From a virus (taxonomy: Duplodnaviria > Caudoviricetes), in IMG/VR virus record IMGVR_UViG_3300021164_001175, positions 29,136 to 93,135 of that record: a stretch of 64,000 bases of DNA; one strand, 5' to 3'. The translations under genes were made by a program, and so were the position numbers. The notes under the pieces were generated by a model, which searched no databases, was not told where the DNA came from, and saw nothing but the letters and a program-made list of their open reading frames with translations. This document shows positions 27,989-37,500 of the stretch, in pieces (the first letter of the stretch is position 1; each line of letters opens with the position of its first letter).

Positions 27989-28384
27989 TTACTTAAATTC
28001 AGTCCAAGTCTTATCGCCAACACCAAAATACTCTCTGGCATATCCAGATTGGATGATGTCCTTATTTAGACATGCCGTGGTTGGGTCGTCAACTTTGTCT
28101 GAACTGTAAATTCGTGCAAGAACACGTCCATACTTATCGTTTTTATCTGGAATGGTATTAACAAAAACCCACTGATGATTTGTTAGCCAGTCTTTAGTAA
28201 AAGATTTGGCTTTAAGACCCATCTCTTTTTCAGCGAGGTCTTTTGTTCTTGACTCTGGGGTGTTGACACCATATAGTCGCACACGAATTTTGTGATGGAT
28301 ACTGAACCCGAGGTCAATCATAAGGTCGACCGTGTCACCATCAACGACATTTAGAACAGTTGCTCCGTACCAGAATCTTTGCAT
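27989..28384 (-). CDS. staphylococcal-nuclease (SNase) family protein
   Basis: VVDGDTVD, VRLYGVNTPE, DKYGRVLA. Confidence 0.92.
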   Translation of the reverse strand: MQRFWYGATVLNVVDGDTVDLMIDLGFSIHHKIRVRLYGVNTPESRTKDLAEKEMGLKAKSFTKDWLTNHQWVFVNTIPDKNDKYGRVLARIYSSDKVDDPTTACLNKDIIQSGYAREYFGVGDKTWTEFK

Positions 28385-28433
28385 ATAGTAATTATCTCAT
28401 ATCCTTGGGTATCTATGATTATGTATAGGTGGA

Positions 28434-28982
28434 TTAAATTGCATCAATAATTAGATGTATCCGATGGTTGTCCCCAAGGTTTTTCACACTATGGTGCCTT
28501 CCTACATTATCCACAATCCATATTTGACCAGGCTTTAAGTTTTTTGATTCACCACCAACGGTGAATATGCAATTTTCGTTGGTTATTACCGGAACATGTA
28601 TTCTATGAGTTGCACTATGGATTTCGGCGGTTAGCGGATTCCCGACATCCTTGTGTTTGGGGATTTCGCCGTTTGCCCTAAGTCTTGCCAGAACCGCTTG
28701 TTGGATTTTTACATTACCAATTTTCCCTACTGTGGCCAGAACGATTTCGTCTAGATACTTGCTAAATTTTCCATAATTTTTGTGAAAGATATCTGACTGT
28801 AGTTTTTGCTTTACGTCGTAAACCAAAGGGATGGTGTCAGTGTTCCCTCCAGCAGCACCGCCAATTTTTTTGCGTTCTTGATATTCAAACCAGTCTTCTG
28901 GGGTTAAGGATATGACTTCACCAAGAAGGTCGTCAAATGACGGCATGTCGCCAATAAATTGAAATGCTTCATTTTCTTTCAT
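28434..28982 (-). CDS. Asp/Asn beta-hydroxylase-like 2OG-Fe(II) oxygenase
   Basis: IPKHKD, HRIHVPVITN, HSVKN..RIHLIID. Confidence 0.85.
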   Translation of the reverse strand: MKENEAFQFIGDMPSFDDLLGEVISLTPEDWFEYQERKKIGGAAGGNTDTIPLVYDVKQKLQSDIFHKNYGKFSKYLDEIVLATVGKIGNVKIQQAVLARLRANGEIPKHKDVGNPLTAEIHSATHRIHVPVITNENCIFTVGGESKNLKPGQIWIVDNVGRHHSVKNLGDNHRIHLIIDAI

Positions 28983-29003
28983 ATGTAAATGTTCCCATAT
29001 ATA

Positions 29004-29048
29004 GCAAAAACCCCGCCCACCCCCTAAGGAGCGAGCGGGGTTTGTGCT
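29004..29048 (-). terminator. intrinsic terminator after the capsid gene
   Basis: Minus strand CCCCGCTCGCTCC-TTAG-GGGGTGGGCGGGG-TTTTT. Confidence 0.85.
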
Positions 29049-29054
29049 TAATAC

Positions 29055-30368
29055 TTATTCGCCGTTTGGTGCTGCGTCGAAGGTTACTTCAACGAACGAC
29101 TCCGGACGCTTGACAGCAAGGGCGAGACGTTGCTCGGCCAAGATGACAATTGCGTTGCGGATGAAGAAGTCTGCATGCTGTTCCGAGATACGGATGCTTG
29201 CTTGTTCACGGTCATAGAGCTGTGCGCCCTGACCAAATGAACCAACAAGTGCCTTACCCTCGGTCATTGCAGGAGTTTCAACGATTGGCAAACGCCATAC
29301 CTTTGGCTCGCCACCCATTGCAACCGAAACTGCGATGAGGTACTGGCCATTGCCATCCTTGGTCAACTCAATGTCTTCCCAATCGTTTGGATGCATTACA
29401 ACACCCGATGGCTCGTAGTAAGCCAAGAACGAAAGAGTTGCTGCACGACGGATTGCATCAGCCTTGGTGTCAATCATACCTGGGTTTGTTGCCGAGTATG
29501 CACCATCAGACCAATCGTAGGTCTGAATGCCTGATGTCTGAAGAATACCGGTGAGGTTTTCGCCAGAGCCATCGCCATTGAGGATTTGAGCATCTTCCTG
29601 AAGACGGAGACCGTACATCAGTTCGTTATCAATGATTGAGCGTAGTTGTGGCTCATCAGCAAGAACGTTTCTGTGTGCTGCCTCCCAGTGTGCAAGGGTC
29701 TTGACCGAAGTCTGTACACCCTCAAACGACATGCTTGACTGTGGCTTAACACCAAAGGTTGCCGAAGCTCCACGCTCTGCAACTGCTGCGGCGTTGTTCG
29801 TGAAACCAGTCATGCGGAAGTATTCAATGATTGCTGCAGTCGTGGTACGAACTGGGAACAAGTCACGAACTCTCTTCGTGCGCTTTGGCTGAATGACGAT
29901 TGGGTCACGCTGAACAGTGCCGAACTGGTCTGGGAAGCCGCTTGGCATTGAGGTGTAAACATCCTTAACGCTGTAGCTGCCCGAGAGGCTTGAGCCGTAT
30001 TGGAAAGGTGCTGGCATGTTTGCGCCATTCTTTCCACCATTAAGGGACTTGAATTCCGTTGAAGCAAGGAATGCTTCGCCGATTGACTCGAGTCGACGGG
30101 TTGGGATTGCGTAGCCAGCGGCAGCTGCAGCAGCAACTGATTGACCACTTGCCTCGGAGCCCCACTCTTTAACAGTGTTCATGGCTTCCATGCCGTCAAT
30201 CAAGGACTTGATTTCCTTGATGTCTGTCATGTTCTTGTCAAATGCAGACTTTTGCTTTGCATCAACGATTACGGTGCCATTTTCAACTTTGAAAGAGTCG
30301 GCGATTGCTTTGTTTTCCGACATTTTAGTGCGGAGAGCTCCTTGGAGCTCCTTTAGATTTTCTGACAT
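29055..30368 (-). CDS. HK97-fold major capsid protein
   Basis: N-terminal coiled delta domain; VRDLFPV, AAAVAE..KPQS, LNGDG, MHPNDW, AEQRLALAVKRP. Confidence 0.95.
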   Translation of the reverse strand: MSENLKELQGALRTKMSENKAIADSFKVENGTVIVDAKQKSAFDKNMTDIKEIKSLIDGMEAMNTVKEWGSEASGQSVAAAAAAGYAIPTRRLESIGEAFLASTEFKSLNGGKNGANMPAPFQYGSSLSGSYSVKDVYTSMPSGFPDQFGTVQRDPIVIQPKRTKRVRDLFPVRTTTAAIIEYFRMTGFTNNAAAVAERGASATFGVKPQSSMSFEGVQTSVKTLAHWEAAHRNVLADEPQLRSIIDNELMYGLRLQEDAQILNGDGSGENLTGILQTSGIQTYDWSDGAYSATNPGMIDTKADAIRRAATLSFLAYYEPSGVVMHPNDWEDIELTKDGNGQYLIAVSVAMGGEPKVWRLPIVETPAMTEGKALVGSFGQGAQLYDREQASIRISEQHADFFIRNAIVILAEQRLALAVKRPESFVEVTFDAAPNGE

Positions 30369-30439
30369 GATATTCCTTTTTGTTGTGGAAGGTGAATTAT
30401 TGAGGTCAGCTCAGGTAAGCACCCAACCGATACCTATCA

Positions 30440-30475
30440 AAAATAGCAGAGATATTCTATTAGTTAGGGGAACTA
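30440..30475 (-). promoter_or_regulatory. putative late promoter of the capsid gene
   Basis: TAGTTCCCC-N21-TATTTT. Confidence 0.6.
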
Positions 30476-30488
30476 CTAATAAATACGG

Positions 30489-31112
30489 TTATTTTAGTTT
30501 GCGCTTTTTTAACTCTTGATTAATAATGGTTCGGATGCCTTGGCGCATATCTTCCCGTTGGCCACGACGACCAAGTGCTGTTGTGCCTGCCAAACGGGCA
30601 TAATCACTCATGTTTGTGCACGGAGTCCAGACAGTTCTGCCGTTTTTTGATGTTCTTCTTGAGATTCCGACGCAACCCAACCGCCTAGACCTGATTCTTG
30701 CGGATTCTGGCTCCATGAATACATCTGGGTCATTGTCCCTTGGTGCAGAAATAGGAACCGCCTTCCCTCTCACTCCGTACAACCCACCACCAGGCAGGGT
30801 TCCAATTCCAGATAGGGGTTTTTCGTTTAGCTTCTCATTTTTCTTTCTCTTAGGTTTTCTTTCCTCACCGCGCTTTGATGCTTCAATCAATGCAGACTTA
30901 CCACGGGCGCGAACATCTCTTTTTCGGAGTGATGAAAGGCTATTTGACCCGTACCAAGAATCGCTTTCGGCAGCATCTGACAGACGCTCCATTTCATCCA
31001 TGCTTTTACATGGGTGCCATTTGCCGTTCTCATCCTGGTGTGCGCCAGAGCAACCAATGATGATTGCCATTCTCAGGGCATATGCCTGTTCCTGTTTGTC
31101 CTTACTTACCAT
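30489..31112 (-). CDS. head-operon protein with two GCxG...WxPC repeats
   Basis: IGCSGAHQ..WHPC and LGCVGIS..WTPC. Confidence 0.75.
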   Translation of the reverse strand: MVSKDKQEQAYALRMAIIIGCSGAHQDENGKWHPCKSMDEMERLSDAAESDSWYGSNSLSSLRKRDVRARGKSALIEASKRGEERKPKRKKNEKLNEKPLSGIGTLPGGGLYGVRGKAVPISAPRDNDPDVFMEPESARIRSRRLGCVGISRRTSKNGRTVWTPCTNMSDYARLAGTTALGRRGQREDMRQGIRTIINQELKKRKLK

Positions 31113-31602
31113 TGCTTTGCTCCATTATCAATGAATCAAGGTAGAGACCTTGGAAGAGTCTTTTTTGCTTTACTGCCAAAACTGGATAAACCATCGTTTC
31201 GGACTTAAACCCTCGGCGACGTCGCCTTTTTCTGCGAAGCCTATTTCTTACAACCCCGAATATGAATTCACCGGGATATTTGACTTCAATATCGTTTTCC
31301 AAAAGAGACTTCGCTCTTCTTTCTAGTCTTCTGTTGCTGGAACCGACAATTGAATTCTGGTCATTAATTTCAAATGCCTCAAGAAATTTGTTTAGCACTT
31401 CAGAATCTGCGCTTTTCTTCTCTGTAATCATCATCCCGGACGGAGCGGTGGTTTTGGTTGCCGTTAGGTTCGCTGAGGCAGCCCACTTTTTTGAATGTTT
31501 ATTGATGCCATATACCTTTTCGCTTTTTCCATCGCTGAATACGATTGCATATGGCTCGTTTCTTGCAACATCAATAACCAGTGAATAAAACATTTTATCC
31601 AC
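31102..31602 (-). CDS. hypothetical head-operon protein
   Basis: Coupled in operon; Arg-rich stretch. Confidence 0.7.
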   Translation of the reverse strand: MDKMFYSLVIDVARNEPYAIVFSDGKSEKVYGINKHSKKWAASANLTATKTTAPSGMMITEKKSADSEVLNKFLEAFEINDQNSIVGSSNRRLERRAKSLLENDIEVKYPGEFIFGVVRNRLRRKRRRRRGFKSETMVYPVLAVKQKRLFQGLYLDSLIMEQSNGK

Positions 31603-33595
31603 TTAATCCATCACGAATTAATTGACCAGAATTTGATAGCTGTTCAACCCTCTGTTTAAACAGTTTTCCGAGCATGTCAATGTGTATCTTTTCACCTTCT
31701 GAAAGTTTTCCATCAGTTGAAAGTCTGCTCTTATATTGAGAGACGCTGAATTTTCTTGCTCGTGAAAGAAGCTGGGCAATAAATCTCCGCATTTGTGCCT
31801 GTTGGTCGGCACGTAGTTCTCGGTAGTATTTTGAATACTCAGACATCAATGCTGAACCGAGTAGTTCATTAATCTTCATCTTCTGTCGCTTCGCAATGGC
31901 AATTTTGTCAAGAGCCATCAACCCTCCAGAAACATTGGTTACAGCCATCGGAACGACCCTGTCACCCCTTCTGAGTGCAACAACTGAGTCGCTCGTTCTG
32001 ATTCTTTGGTCTGTTACGAGGTCTGAAACAAGGAGTTTTGCAACATCTTCTGGAGAGAAATCTTTCCACGTCGCATTTCTGTCAAGCGAAGAACCAAGAA
32101 TTGCACTTTGCGCATCTTCTCTTAGGTACTTCCTATTGTCACCACTTCCAACCAATAGAACATCTGGTGACTCAAGTCCGAGAAACTGCTGAACATCTTC
32201 GGAGAATCTCTCTGAAAGTGCTTCGTACTTTGATGGTCGTTTGTTGTAGATGTATTTCCGTGAACCAAGTTCAATCATTGATGAATTGGTGGAAAGTTTT
32301 GTTTCTCTTGTGACACCGTTTGTTGCAAGAACCTTTGCCAAAATAGATGGATTTACATCAGACAGACTTCCACCATTGCTGATGTGTGCAATCGCCTCAT
32401 CAACGGAGTTAATCTTCCCAGTGATTCCAGAAAAGGTTTCGGTTTCTCTGGTTGAGAGATTTGATGTTCCGATTGGCTTCATGCGATTCCGCTTGCCGCC
32501 AAATGTTTCCTCAACCCACTTCTCTCTATTTTTTCCACCCCTAAAAATCATCTGGTGTGGGTTCTTGATTTTTGGGAAGTTTTCTGAATACCTAATTCCA
32601 TCACCAGTTTCGTTGGCAACATACTTGAGTCGTGCAGTTGGGTCGGTTGAGATATCAATGGAATTAGCAGTATTTACTGTTCGTCCAAGCTTTCTTCTTT
32701 CCCCAACTGTGAGTTCTCTGACCTTTTGTAGAGAGAATGTGTTTCCACCAGGTGTTACATAAAGCAATTGATTGACACCGGTATTTGAAAGCAAACCGAG
32801 TTCATCTCTGCCGAACTCTGTCTGGCCTAGTGCGGATTGAATGTATGTTGCGCCTTCCATGTCCCTGTTGTCTGGGATTGCTCGGAGAACTGATGCAGGA
32901 ACAACTGGCTGCAATACAAAACCATCACGTCTTACGAGTCTAAAATTCCTAGTGTCAACACCACCCAATTGTCTAACCATTTCTGCAACACCGTTTGCGC
33001 GAGATGCATTGTTCGCAGTTGAAACTTTTGGAATCTGCACATTTGGAGCACGACTGATTACTGGGCTGTCAATGTATTCCCCGGCACCCAAAATTCTTCC
33101 AGAAGCAGGTTTTCCCTTCGGTCCTTTGCCAGCCTTCTTTAGTGCACCTATAGTGAGACCAAGAGGACTGGGTATATCAAATAATTTTGCGCCGCATGTT
33201 GAGAGAAGTGAGTCAGTAAATCGACCACCATATTGGTAACCCTCAGGGCATCTGTATCCACGATTCTCCCCAGGTCTTGAACCACCAACACCAGGCTTAC
33301 CTGGGGTGAGTGTTCTATAAACAGCGGAGCGAACAGGCGAGCGGATTGGGTCAGAGTCGCCAGGGATAGCAAGACTCAAAAGAGTGCGCCCAAGACGTTT
33401 GACTTGAATATCTTTTGATTTCCTACTAAAACCAGTTACGACCGAGATTGCTTTGAATTCCCTAATCTCTGATTTGTTTTGTGTTTTGGTGCGAAGAATG
33501 TTGTTAGTTGCCGAACTAGTGTCCTGCTTGAGGATTACACGAGTTCTTCTAACTTCTCCACTAGAACGATTCGTCATCTTTGTCAAGCAACCCAT
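31595..33595 (-). CDS. 666-aa head-operon protein (degenerate JAB-like and kinase-like regions)
   Basis: RCPEGYQYGGRFTD motif; the domain resemblance is inferred. Confidence 0.7.
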   Translation of the reverse strand: MGCLTKMTNRSSGEVRRTRVILKQDTSSATNNILRTKTQNKSEIREFKAISVVTGFSRKSKDIQVKRLGRTLLSLAIPGDSDPIRSPVRSAVYRTLTPGKPGVGGSRPGENRGYRCPEGYQYGGRFTDSLLSTCGAKLFDIPSPLGLTIGALKKAGKGPKGKPASGRILGAGEYIDSPVISRAPNVQIPKVSTANNASRANGVAEMVRQLGGVDTRNFRLVRRDGFVLQPVVPASVLRAIPDNRDMEGATYIQSALGQTEFGRDELGLLSNTGVNQLLYVTPGGNTFSLQKVRELTVGERRKLGRTVNTANSIDISTDPTARLKYVANETGDGIRYSENFPKIKNPHQMIFRGGKNREKWVEETFGGKRNRMKPIGTSNLSTRETETFSGITGKINSVDEAIAHISNGGSLSDVNPSILAKVLATNGVTRETKLSTNSSMIELGSRKYIYNKRPSKYEALSERFSEDVQQFLGLESPDVLLVGSGDNRKYLREDAQSAILGSSLDRNATWKDFSPEDVAKLLVSDLVTDQRIRTSDSVVALRRGDRVVPMAVTNVSGGLMALDKIAIAKRQKMKINELLGSALMSEYSKYYRELRADQQAQMRRFIAQLLSRARKFSVSQYKSRLSTDGKLSEGEKIHIDMLGKLFKQRVEQLSNSGQLIRDGLSG

Positions 33596-34196
33596 CTAGA
33601 CCGCCGCAGCAGTCATTATCATAAGAAGTAGAAAATGGAATTGATTTTTCTCCAACTCCAGAAATTGAATCACCAACGATTTCCCAGTTATCGTGGTTTC
33701 TCACATAGTCGCTGAACTCTGGTTCTGAATCCACAAAATCTTTAAGTGCTTTCGCAGCCATTCTGTAGTCGTCGCCCGTGACGATGCTGTCCTCTGCTTC
33801 TGGCATGCCCTTGAACTCGGCAAAGAAGATGTCGTCTGACTTTCGCTTGGAGAGACGTCTTGAAAAGTCTGCATCACTCCAGTTCTTTAACTTCTTGAGT
33901 TTCCCCTTGCAGTTCTTCATTCCTGGATGGTGACAACCTTCGTTCGGCCAAAGCCCAGTTGTCTCATGGTGTAGCCAAGCACAAATTCTTTCAAGTGGAT
34001 AAAGTTCGGGATGGTTGGCAAGGATTACTCGGCAACGGCGAAATCCACCTTCTTTGCGCATAATCGGTCGCCAGTAACGCAAGAGGCGCTCAAGATTCCC
34101 CCGTCGTGGACCATATCCACGAGTACGAGCAGTAACGATTTCTTGTGGAACGAGACCACCAAGAGGGCCGCCAGCCTTGCTCTCAAGATTAGACAT
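33561..34196 (-). CDS. hypothetical head-operon protein
   Basis: LLRYW..GGFRRC..ICAWLHHETTGLWP, a motif seen in actinophage head-associated proteins. Confidence 0.7.
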   Translation of the reverse strand: MSNLESKAGGPLGGLVPQEIVTARTRGYGPRRGNLERLLRYWRPIMRKEGGFRRCRVILANHPELYPLERICAWLHHETTGLWPNEGCHHPGMKNCKGKLKKLKNWSDADFSRRLSKRKSDDIFFAEFKGMPEAEDSIVTGDDYRMAAKALKDFVDSEPEFSDYVRNHDNWEIVGDSISGVGEKSIPFSTSYDNDCCGGLDGLLDKDDESF

Positions 34197-34595
34197 TCAC
34201 AGCCTCTCGTTCATTTGCATCATTAATATTGCCACCTTTGTTTGCATTTCCATTGCACCACTTGAATTCTTTGGCTTGGCGGCACCAACTTGGATTACTT
34301 GGATTGGTGTGGTGTCAAGGATTTCTTTATCAAAGGGAACTTTTCTATTAACAAAAACATCAGTCCATACCCTTAGGTCTTCACCTTGTGGCTCGCTCCA
34401 TAGGGTCTGCTGAAATTCGTTTTCCTGCATTTCCTCAAGGTCGTTCCTAGAGCCAACCCAAGCCCAGAATGGGACTAAGAACTTTTTCCCATCTTTCTTG
34501 ACGACGATTCCTGTTTTTTCCGAACTGGTTCCCTCTTCAACAACGAAGTAGACCTTGTCCCCAAGCGATGTTCTTGCCACAAGTACGGAGTTCAT
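34197..34595 (-). CDS. hypothetical head-operon protein
   Basis: ATGA overlap with upstream gene. Confidence 0.7.
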   Translation of the reverse strand: MNSVLVARTSLGDKVYFVVEEGTSSEKTGIVVKKDGKKFLVPFWAWVGSRNDLEEMQENEFQQTLWSEPQGEDLRVWTDVFVNRKVPFDKEILDTTPIQVIQVGAAKPKNSSGAMEMQTKVAILMMQMNERL

Positions 34596-37500
34596 ATCTT
34601 TATCTCTGCAAGTTCGTTTCTTGTCTTCTGAATCTTCTTCAATGCAGCCTTTAGTTCATCATCAATCTCGGTTTGGATACGTGTCCGAAGAATATCCTCA
34701 ACATCGCCTTCGTCTTGATTTGATAATGAATACGCCCTCGGGGAGAGCATGTCCATTCCGTGCTTGTGGGAGAACTGGACCTCAGGGATGCCCATTTTTT
34801 TGTATCTGTCGCTAATTTCTTGGCTCTTTCTGTATGCACGTAGTTGCTGCATTGCAGATGTGTTAATCGAGCCGAGTGAATTACCATTGAGTGAGTAGAA
34901 GTACTGAATTTCTTCTGGGCTGAAACCAAGTCGTGACAACTTCTCAGAAATTGGCTCTTGCTGGATTGCATCTGAAATATCCACGTCTTTTGACGAACCT
35001 TGAATCTTGCTCCAAGGGTGAACCACTGCAGAAATCTCTTCTTTCTTATAACCACCCATGATGTGGGCTCCAAGAGGTTGTTGACCAGACAAATCAGCAT
35101 TGAACTTGTCAATCCCTGCTTCATAGTCGGCACTTGACTTGGGTGGTCTAACTGACGAAGTATTCAAGAATGAACCTAAATCGTTATCTTCTGTCGAAAT
35201 CAGGGCATTGGCAAACCGTGTCTGATAATTATCCCCTCTCGGGTGGAGTAATGCATCCACAATGTCATCAGGGTCGTCGGAGTTCATCCATACAGGGCGA
35301 GTTTGCTGGTCTGGTCCACGACCAAATCCATAGGCAGTTCTTCCAGACACCTCTGGTCTAAGTATTAATTCAATGTCACCGTCCGCTCCGATATTTCCAT
35401 AGGGAGTATTTTCGGATTCATATTCAAATGGCATGTCTCCGGCGACAATACCTTTCTTCTTAAGTGCATTGACTGTCATGTCGCGTTGCGACTTGTGAAC
35501 CACGTACCCAGAAACAGGTCTATCTTTATCTGGAGTATCTGGATGGATGCCAATTCGTGAGTGATATTCAACAGCATTTTTTCTTGCCATACCAGAACCG
35601 GAAAAAAATGTGTCCATCCACTCTCTTCTTTGACTTTCTTTTAGAACTTCTGGACGACCCGAGCCATCGTATGGTTGGAATGGCTTTATGTCCGCCCAGT
35701 CAATATCAAAATCTTTTAAAATACTTTCAGAATCAGTTCTTACTCGTGGTCTTCTATCAATAGTGTCGTGCAAGTCAAAAACCATTTGCTCAACTTGGGC
35801 AAGAGTTTCTTCGTTTATTGAAGATGGGTCAATCAACTCAGCGATTTGCGGGTTCTCTGTAAAGTTAGAGTTCTGAATATCGGAAAGCATTTTTTCAAAC
35901 AAATTATTTCTGTCAATGCGTCGCTCAATTGGAGTCGAGACCGGCCCCAATGCATCGTCAAATCCAGAAGATGCATAATCCGCATTGGACGCAAGACCGT
36001 CAACATACTCACGGTCTGGTCTTGTTGGCTTCCCACCATTTCTTCTTACCCTGTCAACAATGTCCGTATTGTTTGTTCTTATTTCTCTGGCAAGAATTGG
36101 ATTACTTCTGCCATCTGGAAGAGTTTCGCCACCAGATGCTCGTATTTTCTCGTTGTGGTTGTCAACAAGTTTTTGTACAGATGCTTTTTCTCTTCTTAGT
36201 ATTCCGTCCTCAAATTTTGAATCACCTTTTGCTGGCCAGTTATCAATCATTCGTTGCAAAGACTGACTGCTTGTTTCTTGGTCAATAAGTCTTGCAGTAA
36301 CTCGACCATCCGCATCCGTACCGGTGATTACAATGCGCCCAGGTGGAAGCATAACTCGCCCAAATTTTCCAGACTCATCAACAGATGAATCAAACGGACT
36401 GCTTGGGACTAGAATCCCTCTTGCATCTGTGCCGAGTTCAATTGAGACTGTTCCTGGTGGTAAACCTAGGTCGTCATGCTCTAATTGAAAACTTCTCAAA
36501 TCTGGGATAGAAAGTATTTCTCCTTCGCCGCCAGTAGATTTTGGCTGAAACCTAACCACCAAATTACCTGGGAGTTTTGTTTTATCTAATGCAGAAAGAG
36601 TTGGAATTAATGTGTGTTCTACCTGTTCGCTGACTGAACCCTCGTTAATATCAAATTTGTCTGGGATAACACCCATCCGTTTTAGGCGTTTATTATCCTT
36701 ATGTATAGCCAGAATATCTCCGGCTGGATTTGCACTAATCAAAGATGCGACACGAGTATCAACAGGGTCTCCTATTCTTTCTATCGCCCCACCTTCTTCT
36801 TCTGCAAGTTTTTTGATTGAACTTCTTCTGGTCTTTTTCCCGAATTCGTCTGCATCTTTTTTACCAACGAATTTGGTTGGTGGTTTCTTCGGAGTCTTGG
36901 GTGTATCTTCATCTGATGGAAAGTCTGGTCTATCTCCATCCATTAGTGGCTTTGACATTTCCTTTTCCACCAATGCCATTTGACGCTTGCGCGTGTTCGC
37001 ACGGTGAGTTGAGTCCTTGGCTTTGGCGGTTCTATCCATCCACTCAAGTGCAGCATCAACATCATCGCCCTGAATGATGTCCATATCCCTCAGGGCATAA
37101 AGTTCTGCTGAAAGTTCAATCGCCCATAGCTGGGTGATTCCATCTTTTTCGTATTCGCTCAATGGATATTTTCCACCAAGTATTGCCACTGCCTCAAGGG
37201 ACTTGAGCGTGACATTGAGGTCGGCCATGTCAATACCATCACCAAGTTCGGTCATGCTGTTCATAATTTCTTGGCTGGTCATCTCTGAAAGTTGCTTGTT
37301 TGAGTACTTTGCCCTCATAACTTTCTTCCATTGCATCATCTGTATGACGTGTCCTATTTCGTGCGCGGCGGTATGAACCCCTTTTCCAACACGACCATCT
37401 ACGGCAATTGCTGCCGCCATTCCTCCAGCGAACATGTCTTGGCTTGCTACAAAATCCGCAATTGCAGCGGCACGTTCTTCTTCTGTCTTGGCTCCCTCTA

